A DNA stretch of 64,000 bases from Eledone cirrhosa (taxonomy: Eukaryota), in assembly GCA_964016885.1 (NCBI GenBank), contig OZ024757.1:29450001-29514000 (forward strand). The letters run 5' to 3'. Positions 16,891 through 32,901 of the stretch are shown here, piece after piece (position 1 is the first letter of the stretch; each line of letters starts with the position of its first letter). The position numbers were made by a program, and so were the translations under genes. The notes below the pieces were generated by a model. It saw only the letters and a list, made by a program, of their open reading frames with translations, was not told the origin of the DNA and searched no databases.

Positions 16891-17744
16891 TCTTGAATTA
16901 TTTATATATTTCTTATAGATACAATATAATATTTGTTGTGATTCCGCACTTCGAGATGGTTCTACTGCTAATAACAAAAAATATTACAATTGTTACACTT
17001 AAGAGAACTAGCTGTTGACAAATAAACTAAACTAAAATAAAATAAAATCAGACATGACAGTGTCAGTATGTTACAAGACAAATATTCGAAAAGGAAACAA
17101 AAGAAAACAAAAACAACACATAAAACAAATCAAAATCAAACAACAACATCAAACAAAGCAAAATAAAATAAAATTGATAAATGATACATTGTGAAAATGG
17201 CAAGGAGATGTCATCAAATATGATACATAGTAGCCTAGCAAAGAAAGAGATCAATCAAAATACATAATCAGTGGACGTGTAGTCAGATCATGTGCTAAAT
17301 TTGAATACGTAACGAACTTGTCTGGTTTATATCTTCTAATGGAGAAATCTACACAACACATCTTTTGCTATTACCAACTTTTCGTTCATTCTACTGAATT
17401 ATTATACGACCGTTTATGAAAGTGTTAAATTGCAATTAAGTTCTGCTCACAAAGATAAAATTGGTATTCAGTCAATGTCCACTCAATTAGCATCTTTGAT
17501 AAGCCGTTATCAGAGAGTTCTTATAAACAATTCCAAAATGAAAGATTTCATTTTAGATACAGCAATATAATGAATGATTCTGTGATGTCTCTTTAAAGAG
17601 TTTGAAGTGTTTGATAGCACAAGTTATATACTTTTAAATATAACCTACTTCATCGAATCGACGAGGGTGTCTCTATAAGGTTACTCAACTTACTAGAAAG
17701 AAATATAAAGAGCCAGAAGAAATATATACATACTAGAAAGAAAA

Positions 17745-17870
17745 TTCGACTCCAGTATGGGACTGGTATTTTATTATCGATCATGAAAGAATGAAAAGAA
17801 AGCTGACAACGGCAGGATTTGAACTCAGAGAGCTGGAACGAATACCACAAACCATTCTATTTGGTGTTCT
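17745..17870 (-). mobile_element. Meta-domain SINE remnant
   Basis: CTGGTATTTTATTATCGAT...AAGAATGAAAAG...GGATTTGAACTCAG. Confidence 0.55.
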
Positions 17871-19626
17871 AACAAATATACCAATTTGCCACAATATATA
17901 TATTCATACTTTAACTGAAAAATGGATGATCGTTTGCAGTGTTGATAGAACACTGGAAAAAGAAATGGCGGTTTCTGCCTTGAATGCCGTTATAGGAATG
18001 CATAAACTCTGGTTGACAGAATAGCTCTCTCTTTCTCTCTTTCTCTTTCTGTATCTGTCTGTCTGACTCCCCTTTCTATCACACTTAGACTTTGTATATT
18101 CTTTATATTTTCCTCTCTGCCACTTTTTCCGTTATGCTTCAATACATCTGCTAACAGTTCGCTTCACTCAATCACAATTCAACAATTATCCGAGCTCATC
18201 ACCTCACTGCATAACACTCCACTCTCTTTTCTCGTCAACAGCACTAACAACCACCACATTTCATATCATTCCACCATTTTTTCTTCGCATTCTAACACAC
18301 GCTACCTCATTACACCACCACTCTCCACTTCGGTTTTCCACACACTCAACCATTACCCACCACGTTCCTACCATTCACCACTGCACTCCCCCACTCTACT
18401 ACTTACTCTTACTCCATCACTTTTCACAGCATTAAACGCTGTTCTTCTATCCTCAAAATACACCGCCATCTCCCCCATTACATCACACATTGGCATCCTC
18501 CGTAAGCCATAAATCACCACACTCCATCTCATTCCGACACCATGACTAATGATCTTTCCTCTCGTACTCCTACCGCATTACTATTCCCTCCTCCTATTCC
18601 AATTTCCAATCATCTGACAATGCTCTTCTCCTCCACAATATGCCAGCATCACATTCACTATCTTCCCATATCACCTTCTTATTCAGTCTTCAACGTATAT
18701 CACCCCTCTACAACCCATTGCACTAATTTTCGAATCAACTCATTCCGATACTTTTCGGCTCTCCCCGCCACCCTCCAAAAATATGTTCGTCACCGTTCGT
18801 CGCCAGCCGCTATAGGCAATTGATAATACCTCTGGCATTCTAGATTTTCAACATTTCCAGTGTCATAATATAGAAACTGGCTTCTAAATGTTATCAAAGC
18901 ATAGTACAACATCCGGGTCTCACAGCTTCATTCCACATCCTCATTCAAAGCTAATTACTTCATTGTTTGCTTGTCGTTCTTCTTCTAGTTGCTGTCGCTA
19001 ATTTTCTATTTTTACAGCGTTCCATTATTAAATTTAACTACAAAATGGTCGACGTATGTTGTATAAAAAAAAATTAAAAAATTCTCAACTCTTCTTCTTA
19101 TCGGCCTATCGTTATTTCCTGCCGTGTTTCTACACCACCAACAATATCACCATCGCCACAAACTCCTCAAATAACATCAACACCCCTGCTGACACTAGCA
19201 CATCCACCCTCGCCGACTCCACCACCTACACAGCGACCGCCACCGCCACTCCTACTGCAAGACTCTAGTTAAGCAAAGTGTCAATCCAAAATGGATCCCC
19301 TTCTTCTGATTAGCTATTCAAACTAAACTATACCTAATCATGTCGCCATCTGGTTTCTTTTCAACGAAGCCTAATCAACTTCTAACTTTCATACATACAT
19401 GCATACATACACAAACACACTCACATACACACACATATATATATAAGCACAAATGCATATATATATATATATATGTACACACACATATATATATATATAT
19501 ATATATGTATATACATATACATACATATATACATATATATATATACATATATACAATTAAATATACATACAGACACACACACATATATATATATGTATAA
19601 ACACAAACATATACATATATACATAT

Positions 19627-19666
<40 letters not shown>

Positions 19667-19797
19667 ATATACATATATATATATACATATGTATTTATAT
19701 ATCTATATATACATATGTATATATATATGCATACATATGTAAAGATATATATATACACATAAAAACATATATTTTTAAATACATATATATATATATG

Positions 19798-19878
<81 letters not shown>

Positions 19879-20301
19879 GTATGTATATGTGGGTGTTTGT
19901 GGGTGTCTATGTGAAAATTAGATGTGTAGCTATGAGTGGGTATATGCATGTATATGATTGGTTGGAAAATGACGTCGTATGTTTGCTAAAAAGAGGCAAC
20001 GCTTTCCTCTTGTCTTCTACGTGGACCTAACTCTCTAGTTTAAATGAACTGATGAAGACCCATTTGTTTATTTCTCTTCAATAATGAAAAGGCACGACAA
20101 TCCTGTATTCAGAATATATTCATATCTTCTGCTTTTTTTCCCCTTTGAAGATATCATCTGATGTAGAGAGATTGTCGCCATTGGAACAGCTGCTGCTGTT
20201 TAGTTTAGACTGATTACTGTTTATGATGTTGATGTAGTCGTAGAAGAAATGTTTATGAATTGGAAGTACTTGGAATATTAAGTTGCAATGGCTTCATATA
20301 T

Positions 20302-20387
<86 letters not shown>

Positions 20388-20470
20388 TGAGATAAGCGGA
20401 GCAAGTATGATTCAAACAATTCTTCAAAATAAATTAAAAAATATGACTTAAATATTCACCTTTTCCATTT

Positions 20471-20550
20471 GCTTTTACCGACGGTTTCACCTTACAAAAG
20501 ATTGGAGATCCTATGGACTTCCAATGGAAATGTTCGGATCATCAGAGAGC
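20471..20550 (-). ncRNA. Type I hammerhead ribozyme motif (candidate)
   Basis: Minus strand: GCUCU-CUGAUGA-UCC...GGU-GAAAC-C-GUC-G-GUA-AAAGC. Stem I pairs with one mismatch, stem III is 3 bp, stem II loop is long and structured. Confidence 0.6.
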
Positions 20551-20947
20551 ATTCTCCCTACCTAGGACAAAAGTCCCAGGAACGGCAAAATATATTGCCA
20601 CCTGCCAGCTAGTACAGGATCGAATGAGGCCGTAAACCTGACCTGTGAAAGAACCACCCCTCAGTAGAAGCAGGAAATAAACATAGACGCCACTAAAAAT
20701 AGCAGTTAAATAAAACAACGGATTTGTTCTCTACATAACGAAGAATATATAAAAGGAGATTAATGTCTCTGGAAATATATAGGGTGTCTATGATACAGTG
20801 GTTGTTCTATGGTATTAATTTGACATACCAGAACTATAATATTGAGATAAGTGGAGCAAGTAATATTCAAACAATTTTCAAAATAAATTAAAATAATAAT
20901 TTAAATATTCACCTATTCCACTTAGTACCTGTGGGGATATTAATCTC

Positions 20948-21031
<84 letters not shown>

Positions 21032-21107
21032 AAGACTAAAATCCAACGAGGGCTCGATAAGGATAAATATATAAATATAAATATATATATATTTATATAT
21101 GGCATAA

Positions 21108-21140
<33 letters not shown>

Positions 21141-21147
21141 GGCATAA

Positions 21148-21206
<59 letters not shown>

Positions 21207-21264
21207 GACATGATATATATATATATATATGGCTTGATATATATATATATAAACAAAGAAAGAG

Positions 21265-21441
21265 TAGTAAGAAACCAGGTGGACCATAGCGCACCATGGT
21301 ACTTGATACTTAAGGTAGTGGAGTGGTTAATAGGAAAAGAGTCAGGACCCCGACGGCTGAGCTCCGGCTGTTTCGACAGCAAGCTTAGTTCCGATCTAGC
21401 TGTCGAAACAGCCGGAGCTCTGCCGCCGGGGTCCTGACTTT

Positions 21442-21446
<5 letters not shown>
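21265..21446. mobile_element. PLE pseudo-LTR fragment (family A) with fold-back, between (TA)n tracts
   Basis: Homologous to 48875-49063, 50625-50755 and 56370-56490; inverted arms 21335-21380 / 21398-21446. Confidence 0.75.
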
Positions 21447-21479
<33 letters not shown>

Positions 21480-22113
21480 TAAGAGGAAAATACTCTGTAT
21501 TAATATACTCAAGTCATCCTTGTTTTTAGGAAGTAATATGACATTCAGTGCTACAAGGGAATTGCATCCTTGTATACCGAATATAAGTATGGTTGATACA
21601 CGTATATTTGTGCTCCCAGCAGAGACAGAATGGAGAAAAAGTCTCCACGGAGTATAGGAAGGGAGACGCGTTGAAATAATAGCTATTCCAACTCGCATGG
21701 CTCACTTCAGCCATGTTGTCACATCGTTCAAGCTCATGGTTAACAATGTAACATATACACACATACAGACACATAAAGACAAACATAAATAAACATTGGG
21801 TCGGTCGTCAGGTATGAAATTTGTAGAAATTTCTAAAACAAAAAAAAACATATCTACAAATTTCATACTTGACGACCTAATATATTCTTTCAGTGATTAC
21901 TTCGACTTCCTCTTCCACATAAACAACCGTCACAACATGTCAGTATATCAATCTTTGCAGAAGGAAATGTGCACGTCGTGTTCTATAGTGCAGAAAATGT
22001 ACACTTGCATTTTGACAACCTCATTCTCATTGCATCCGAAAATATAATAAATATATAACAGACGATTCTCTACTCTCTGTCTTTGTCTTTCTTTTTCTCC
22101 CCCCTCGCTCTCT

Positions 22114-22555
<442 letters not shown>

Positions 22556-22592
22556 GCTCATCCATAACCGCCAATCTCTTTCTCTCTCTGAC

Positions 22593-22650
<58 letters not shown>

Positions 22651-22695
22651 GGAGAGACAGAGAGAGGGGGACACGGTGAGAGATCGCTGGATATG

Positions 22696-22736
<41 letters not shown>

Positions 22737-22833
22737 CTGAATGGATGTATATGTACGTGCATATATGTGGTTATACACACACACATACACACACACACAT
22801 ATACATATATGTGCGTATATATATATATTATAT

Positions 22834-22881
<48 letters not shown>

Positions 22882-23259
22882 TATAACAAAGCATACATTA
22901 TCCATTGACAAGTTTAACATGCACTGAGCTGTAGTAACTCAAGTGTCAGTCTCAAAAACCTGCAATCAGGACCGGAATTTCTCGTGATCAGTTAATGCAA
23001 TCACGTTGAAAGCGAAGCAAGTCGACTGTTGAAAAGACGACAGTTCTGAAGCAACATAAGAATGCTTCGCTTTGAAATACATGTGGGTGACAGCTAGCTT
23101 GGAGGAAACTGCATTGTAAGGCAGCCAGAATAAAAGCCTCTAAATGTGTTTGAACGTATGATGACTACACCAGTGATGTCGAACCATAGCTTAACCACTT
23201 AACTATATTGTATACATCTATATTAACATGACAATCTCCCTCTATCTCTCATTATATGT

Positions 23260-23453
23260 GGATTGGCAGTGGATTGGCAGTATCGGTAGAGAGTCGGACG
23301 CCATGCTTTCCAGCATAGTTACGTCCCTTTGCGGTCTGAGTTCAAATCCCGTCGAGGTTGACTTTGCCTTTCATCCTTACAGGGTCGATAAAATAAAGTA
23401 CCAGTAATGCACTGGATATTTGCTGGCCTTGGGCCTAAAGTAGAAACAATTAT
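23260..23453 (+). mobile_element. Meta-domain tRNA SINE, full length
   Basis: A-box-like TGGCAGTATCGG, B box GAGTTCAAATCCC, GCCTTTCATCCTTACAGGGTCGATAAAATAAAGTACC, tail GTAGAAACAATT. Confidence 0.9.
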
Positions 23454-23632
23454 ATATATATATATATATATATATCATATGTCATATATATTATATATAT
23501 TATATTATACAATATATATATAATATATAATATATTATACAATATATATATATATTATATATTATATATATTATATATTATATATACGTATTATATTATA
23601 TATATTATATATATAATATTACATAATAGCAT

Positions 23633-26600
23633 CTACACCACCATCATCAGCACCACAACCACTATCACCACCATCAACACCACCACCATCACCAACAGCA
23701 CCACCACCACCACCGCCAGCTGCACCACCGCCAACATCATGACCACCATCACCATCACCACGACCACCACCTCGCCAGCACTACCAGCACCATCATCATC
23801 ATCACCACAACCACCATCACCACCACCACTGTCACCACCGCCACCACAACCATCACCACCACCATCATAGCCAACACAACCATCACCACCATCACCATCA
23901 CAATCGCCACCATTACCATCATCACCATCACCACAATCACCACCAACAGCTCCACCATCAGCCCCCCCCCCATCCACCACCACCACCACCACTACCATCA
24001 TCACTACCATCATCACCACTATCACCACCACTACCATCATCATCACCATCATCACCACTATCACCACCACTACCATCATCATCACCATCAACACCACCAC
24101 CACCACCACCAACACCACCATCAACATCACCACCACCACTATCACCACTACAACCATCACCACCACCATCAACACCCACCATCACCATCACCACGATCAC
24201 CACCACCACCATCATCATCACCACCATCACCACCACCACCACCACCATTACCACCATCAGCACCACCACCAGCATCAGCACCACAACCACCATCACCACC
24301 ATTACCACCATCACCATCAGCACTTCCATCACCACCACCATCATCACCACCGCTAACACCACCACCACCATCACCATCGTCCACCACCAACCCCACCAGT
24401 ACCACCACCACTACCACCCCTATCACCGCCACCATCAACACCACCAACACCATCCATGTGTATACCTCTGTGTGTATGCGTGTAAGATTTGTCAGTCACA
24501 CAACAGTAATCCACTATATAAATGGTAATATATATAATAGACAAAACAAATTATTAATAGGGACTATAACGAGAGTGATCTCCCCTGATTATTAACTTTT
24601 TCCCAGTTTGATTTCATTGATAATTTTTTTATATGTAATTAGCTGTTACGTCACACTACTACTACTACTAACATAATTGCCACTACTTGTGCTACTGCTG
24701 CTCCTGTTACTACTGCTGCTACTACTACTGCTGCTATTACTACAGCTGCTGCTGCTACTACTACTACTACTATTACTGGTATTGCAACTGATTCCACTAC
24801 TACAACTACTAGCAATACAGCTACCAGAACTACTACCACCACAACCACTATCAGCACCACCACCACCAGCTCCACCACCACCAGCTCCACCACCATAACC
24901 ACCACCATCACCGTCACCACAACCATCACCACTACCGCCATCACCACCAACACCACCATCACCATCAACAGCATCACCACAATCAACACTATCAGCACCA
25001 CAATCACCACCACCACCATCAACACCATCATAACCACCACAACCACCACCAACTATCACAACCACTACCATCATCACCACAATCAGCACCACCATCACCA
25101 CCACCACCACCACCACTATCACCACCAGCACCACAAACACCACCATCACCACCAACACCACCATCATCATCACCATCATCACGACCATCACCACCATCAA
25201 CACCATCACCATCACCATCATCAACACCACCATCACCACCACCACCACAATCACCATCACCACCATCACCACCATCACCACCATCACCACCAACACCACC
25301 ACCACCACCATCACCAACATCATCAACATCACCACCATCCACCACCATCACCACCACCACAATCACCCCCAACACCACCAACCCCACCAGTACCACCACC
25401 ACTACCACCACCGCCACCATCACCACCACCGCAACCATCAACACCAACACCAACACTAGCACTATCACCACAACCACCACTTCCACGACAACCACTATTA
25501 CCCCCACCACCATCACTACTAACCCCGCCACGACAACCGCCACTCCGACCACCTCCACTACCTAGCCCCCACCCCCTCCATCACCACGACCACCTCCCTA
25601 GCACCACCACCACCACCATCACCACTCCCACACCCTCCAACAGTACCACCACCACCACCAACAACAACCACTCGAACCCCCACCACTACCACCACTCCCA
25701 CCACCACTACCATCACCATGACCACCACCACGACTATCCCCACCACTACCCCACCCCCCCACTACCCCACCTCCTCTACCAGCACCAACACCCCCACCAC
25801 CATCACCATCACCCCCACCCCGCCACCATCACCACCATGTTTATCTCTTATTTGTCTGCGTGTAAGATTTTTCAGTCACACAACAGTAATCCACTATATA
25901 CATGGTAATATATATAATTGACAAAACAAATTATTAATAGGGACTATAACGAGAGTGACCTCCCCTGATTATTAATTTTTTTCCCAGTTTGATTTAACTC
26001 ATAAATTGTTTATATGTAATTAGCTGTTACGTCACATATGACGTTGACATTAATACTGCTACTACTACTACTACTACCATTGCTACTACTTGTGCTACTA
26101 CTACTGCTGCTGCTACTACTGCTGCTACTGCTACTACTACTGCTGCTGATACTACTGCTGCTGCTACTACTACTGCTGCTACTACTACTACCATTGCTGC
26201 TACGACTACAATTGCTACTACTTGTGCTACTGCTGCTACTACTACTACTACTGCTGCTACTACTACTGCTAGTACTACTGCTGCTACTACTACTACTACT
26301 GCTGGTACTACTGCGGCTACTACTACTACTACTGCTACTACTACAGCTACTACTACTACTACCATTGCTGCTACGACTACAATTGCTACTACGACTACAA
26401 TTGCTACTACTTGTGCTACTGCTGCTACTACTACTGCTGCTGATGCTGCTACTACTGATACTGCTACTACTGCTGCTACTACTACTGCTGCTACTACTAC
26501 TGCTGCTACTACTACTACTGCTGCTACTACTACTACTGCTACTACTACAGCTACTGCTGCTACTACTACTGCTACTACTGCTGCTACTACTACTGCTACT

Positions 26601-27760
26601 ACTACAGCTACTGCTGCTGCTACTACTGCTGCTACTACTACTGCTACTACTACTACTACTACTACTGCTACTACTACAGCTACTGCTGCTACTACTACAG
26701 CTACTGCTAGTACTACTGCTGCTACTACTACTACTGCTGGTACTACTGCGGCTACTACTACTACTGTTGCTACTACTACAGCTACTACTACTACTACCAT
26801 TGCTGCTACAACTACAATTGCTACTACTACTGCTACTACTACTGCTGCTACTACTACTGCTACTACTACTAGAGCTACTGCTACTACACCTATTGCTACT
26901 ACTACAGCTACTACTACTACTACTACCATTGCTGCTACGACTACAATTGCTACTACTTGTGCTACTGCTGCTACTACTACTGCTGCTGCTGCTGCTACTA
27001 CTGATACTGCTACTACTGCTGCTACTACTACTGCTGCTACTACTACTGCTGCTACTACTACTACTGCTACTGCTACAGCTACTGCTGCTACTACTACTGC
27101 TACTACTGCTGCTACTACTACTGCTACTACTACAGCTACTGCTGCTGCTACTACTGCTGCTACTACTACTGCTACTACTACTACTACTACTGCTACTACT
27201 ACAGCTACTGCTGCTACTACTACAGCTACTGCTGCTGCTAGTACTACTGCTGCTACTACTACTACTGCTGGTACTACTGCGGCTACTACTACTACTGTTG
27301 CTACTACTACAGCTACTACTACTACTACCATTGCTGCTACAACTACAATTGCTACTACTACTACTGCTACTACTACTGCTGCTACTACTACTGCTACTAC
27401 TACTAGAGCTACTGCTACTACAGCTACTGCTACTACAGCTATTGCTACTTCTGCTGCTACTACTACTACTGCTGCTGCTACTACTACTACTGCTACTACT
27501 ACTGCTGCTACTACTACTGCTACTACTACTACTGCTACTACTGCTGATACTACAGCTATTGCTACTTCTGCTGCTACTACTACTACTGCTGCTACTACTG
27601 CTACTACTACAGCTACTCCTACTACTACTACTACCATTGCTGCTACGACTACAATTGCTACTACTAGTGCTATGCTGCTGCTACTACTACTACTACTGCT
27701 GCTACTACTACTGCTACTACTACTACTACTATTACTACTGATACTACTACTACTACACCA
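23633..27760. repeat. Low-complexity block of degenerate (CAC/CAT)n and (CTA/CTG)n trinucleotide arrays with a duplicated ~190-bp unique spacer
   Basis: Trinucleotide arrays seen directly; spacer TGCGTGTAAGATTT...AGCTGTTACGTCACA at ~24477-24655 and ~25857-26036. Confidence 0.9.
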
Positions 27761-27764
27761 ACGC

Positions 27765-27921
27765 TGACAGTAATCGGTAGAGCCTCGGACAGCATGCCTT
27801 GCAGCATAGTGTTGCGGCCCTTTACGTTCTGAATTATTTTCATCATTACAGGGTCGATAAAATAAAGTACCAGTAATACACTGAGTAATTGCTGGCCTTG
27901 TGCCAAACGTAGAAACAATTA
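27765..27921 (+). mobile_element. Meta-domain SINE with internal deletion
   Basis: ATCGGTAGAGCCTCGGAC...TTACAGGGTCGATAAAATAAAGTACC...GTAGAAACAATT; the B-box region is missing. Confidence 0.8.
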
Positions 27922-28185
27922 TTTATTTGATTGATTATCAGAAATATATTATTTAAATATGTTGTTCATGTGTCCTTAATTGAGATCAGCTGTGTCCTAG
28001 GGTAAAGGCCCCTTCGGTCCCTGATGACCATGGGATATAGATCTAGAAAGTTCCCCTCCGAGGACCAGCACCACCATCAACAGCACTACAAATCACCACC
28101 AACACCAACACTAGCACTACCACCACCACATCCACGACAACCACTATTAGCCCCACCACCTTCATTTAAATCTTTTCATATGTAA

Positions 28186-29050
28186 CTAGCAGTGGTACCC
28201 GGCGTTGCACGGGATAAGGTATTTTGGAACGCCGGCCGCCAACAGACCTAATCGTGGAAAAACTGCATGCCTGGACAATATGTAAAGAAAATAAACCGAA
28301 TACTCTGATGGCTGGATAATCTTTAACATTTTTCTCGATGAAGCAGTAAAATAGCAGGTTTTCACCTAATGCGGGCCCTAGGGGATTAAGAAAATGAATT
28401 TTTTATGTGCATAATATGCCTTGAAATTTCAGAAAAACCGGCTAGACGTAACGCCTCAAAAAAGCCCTAAAAAGCTGAACAAATTAAGTTTTTTACCTAA
28501 TGCGGGCCCTAGGCTATAAAAAGTTGGATTTTCCTTGCTCAGGGTATGAAGACGAGATGGACTAATACATAGTTACAATTTCAAAGAAATCAGTCTGACG
28601 TAACGACCCTAAAAACCTAAAAAAAAACTCAGTTTTTCAACTAAGGGATCAAAAAGTTGAATTTTTGCATAACACCCCCTGAAACGTCAGTAATACACAT
28701 GTAAAGTTTGAAAAAAAGTCAGTTGGGTACTTCTCGAGTTTTATAGATTCAAACTCACACACACACACATCCTCAGGGAAGTGACGTAATGCAGCGAGTC
28801 AGACATACAGACAGATATTATAAGGGCGCGACGTTATATTTATGTATCTATCTAAAAAGAGAAAGACTAAGAATTATACAGAGAGATGGTTAATCACAAA
28901 ATTACGGCGTTGAAAATTTGAAATGTTTTTTGCTCAAACAACTCCATGAAACATACCTATTACATGTGTAAAGTTTGAAAACAGTCGGTTCGGTGGTTCT
29001 CGAGTTTTAGGGATTCAAACTCACACAGAAAGACATCCTCAGTTATATAT
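28186..29050 (-). mobile_element. Non-autonomous Helitron-like element
   Basis: Minus-strand 3' end CCCGTGCAACGCCGGG (hairpin) + 8 nt + CTAG|T is the canonical Helitron terminus. Internal repeats lie at ~28360/28490 and ~28700/28965. The 5' end runs into a TA tract, so that boundary is uncertain. Confidence 0.7.
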
Positions 29051-29091
29051 ATATATATATTATATTATATTATATATATATATATATATAT

Positions 29092-29147
29092 AGGAACCAG
29101 TAAGACCCCGACAGCTGAGCTCAAGCCGTTTCGACGGCTAATTCTGG

Positions 29148-29148
<1 letters not shown>
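29092..29148 (-). mobile_element. Short PLE pseudo-LTR fragment (family A; 3' half of a HHR) between (TA)n tracts
   Basis: AGGAACCAGTAAGACCCCGACAGCTGAGCTCAAGCCGTTTCGACGGCTAATTCTGG matches 48953-49010. Confidence 0.75.
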
Positions 29149-30368
<1,220 letters not shown>

Positions 30369-30631
30369 TGTAGTCCTTCATCAGTGATCTTCCAACCTCC
30401 ATTGGTAATTCATCGCTTTAAAGACTGTATACTTCCGGTTGGTGCGAGCAACAGCTAAAGAAAGTCGTTGGGACACGTAAATAAGGGGACCGAGCGAGAC
30501 AGTAAACAATCAAAGATGGGAATGCAACGATGGTAACGTATACGTATATATATATACGTATACATACATATATATATATACATACTCGTAGATATACAAA
30601 CGCATATGTGTACACACATAAAAATATATAT

Positions 30632-30725
30632 ATAGGGTGTCCAAAAAAATATACGCACTTCAACAGCATTCAAATAAATATTGCCTGTGCAGGTAATTAA
30701 AGTATGTATACATGTTTGGGGAAAA

Positions 30726-30732
<7 letters not shown>
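30632..30732. mobile_element. Degraded Tc1/mariner-type MITE
   Basis: TA-GGGTGTCCAAAA...ACTTCAACAGCATTC...TATACATGTTTGGGG; second copy at 63249-63330. Confidence 0.55.
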
Positions 30733-30773
<41 letters not shown>

Positions 30774-31734
30774 ATATATACATATGTATATATATATATT
30801 TGTATATATACATATGTATATATATATGTATATATACATATGTATATATATATGTATATATACATATGTATATATATATGTATATATATTTATATATATG
30901 TATATATATATATGTATGTACAAATATATATATATGTATATATATATGTATGTACCAATATATATATATGTATATATATATATGCATCCACCACTCCACT
31001 CGCAAGAGCCTGAAACTAATAAACCTTTGTTCGTACTGCCTCTCTGTTTTGTTCCTGTTCCATTTTTTACTATATATATGTATATATATATATATATATA
31101 CACATATACATATATATATATATACAAATCCAATATATTTGCACACATCAATCGTGATCTAAATTCTTCGAAGCATACTCATCGAATAAATTGGAACCTA
31201 TATTTACGAGAACCCCCCCCCCCCCCCCCCACACACACACAAACAAATTCAACACATACATATATATAAACACTAACACATACGAACGGAATCCCAGCAC
31301 GTTCCACTATGAAAACTACCAGCAGGCAACGCAACCCCACCAACACTACAAACAAAAACGTACAAAGATTCAGTATAAAAAAAGAAACGAAGGTGTATGA
31401 ATGATTGCAAATAAACATGGTTACCATTTAATATACGAGGTATGTTCTTTGAAGAGACCTAGCTCAATTCATTTATTGTTTCATTCGCGTAACGCAAAGC
31501 ATAAAACTAATTGCTCACTAACGAACTTGCAGAACCATATAAAGCATGACCAATTCCATTTAGAATACTACTTGACATAGAGAACATTGCGTGGTGCCAA
31601 GTAACGGCTTTTAATTCTTACATTGTTATCAATGTATGCTTAAAATTCTAGGAGATACCAAAGCAAAAACGGAACCACGCGTCGTTACAGATCGTGCGTA
31701 ATTTCCTGTTTTGCTTATATATATACGTATATAA

Positions 31735-31789
<55 letters not shown>

Positions 31790-31918
31790 TATATATACAC
31801 ACACACACGCATATGTATTTACATATACATATACATACACATATATATGCATATACATACATATATATATACATACATATATATACAAATATATATATAT
31901 ATATAAATATATATATAA

Positions 31919-31956
<38 letters not shown>

Positions 31957-31986
31957 TACATACACGTACACACACACACACATATA

Positions 31987-32018
<32 letters not shown>

Positions 32019-32265
32019 CATATATGTGTGTGTGTGTGTGTAAATCAGTATGGATTCCGTTAGACATTAGTTATAGCATTACTCGTCGGGCTACTGGCTT
32101 ATTCATATAAATACATATATATATATATATATATAGAAGTTGTATTTAATTTGTTGGAATTCCGACAAACGTAAATGTTTATAACCGATGTAGAACACTC
32201 AACAGATAGTGGAGTAAGTATTCCAATATATTACTAAATGGAAACTATATTTATAAAACCATATT

Positions 32266-32330
32266 TATTTTATTACATATATTTCAAGGGCGACGAAGCC
32301 AAACTTGGTGCGCTTTCATCAGATAAAATA
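32266..32330 (-). ncRNA. Type I hammerhead ribozyme motif
   Basis: Minus strand: UAUUUUAU-CUGAUGA-AAG...CUU-GAAA-UAUAU-GUA-AUAAAAUA. Perfect 8-bp stem I, full catalytic core, minimal stem III with a palindromic loop. Confidence 0.75.
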
Positions 32331-32473
32331 CAAAATTTGTTTTATAAATATATATATATAAGTATTGAAGTTTCCGTTGAATATATTTTTTTCCGAGAAT
32401 ATATATTTTTTTCCCGTTAAACTCTTGTCGTTCTTGAGGAGATTTTTCAAATATTTCACTATGTTTTAAATTC

Positions 32474-32541
32474 CCTTGTCTGACGAACGAATGCGGACGT
32501 TTCTTGTATTCGTTTTATTCGGGAAACCTCTGGTAATGAGG
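32474..32541 (+). ncRNA. Type I hammerhead ribozyme motif (candidate)
   Basis: CCUUGU-CUGACGA-ACGAAU...AUUCGG-GAAAC-C-UCU-G-GUA-AUGAGG; stem I is 6 bp with two GU pairs. Confidence 0.55.
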
Positions 32542-32567
32542 TAATTATACTGTATTGTTTATTATAC

Positions 32568-32601
<34 letters not shown>

Positions 32602-32778
32602 GTGTGTGTGTATATTATTTTAGATTTTACGATGACCTCCTTCCCTTTTTGGGGACAGTGTGAAATTTCTTTTTGAAGAACTACTGGGCTTTCAAACTTA
32701 GCGGTCCTTCTAGCACTGACGGAGACCATCAATGAATATTAATATCAATGTAGTTTTTATATTGATATTGCCTGGGCA

Positions 32779-32901
32779 TCCACTGATGAGTTATAAGGGC
32801 CCACTTGTGTGTATATCTATGGATTATATACAAGCTTCTACATAACTTGGACATTATTTTTCCCAACTTTTAGAAATCTTATAACGAAACCATCGTATGG
32901 A
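32779..32901 (+). ncRNA. Type I hammerhead ribozyme motif with ~80-nt insert in loop II
   Basis: UCCA-CUGAUGA-GUUAUAAG...CUUAUAAC-GAAAC-CAUC-GUA-UGGA. Stem I is 4 bp, stem II is a perfect 8 bp, and the core is complete. Confidence 0.75.

Noticed and set aside
20120-20295. Short minus-strand open frame (…DYINIINSNQSKLNSSSCSNGDNLSTSDDIFKG…) as an exon
   Set aside because: No convincing splice sites or recognisable homology
26027-27741. 536-aa poly-V/A and 567-aa poly-L ORFs
   Set aside because: Trinucleotide low-complexity sequence with no domain or splice evidence
28018-28065. CTGATGA...GAAA as a hammerhead
   Set aside because: No stem II or stem I pairing; more likely a fragment of another interspersed repeat
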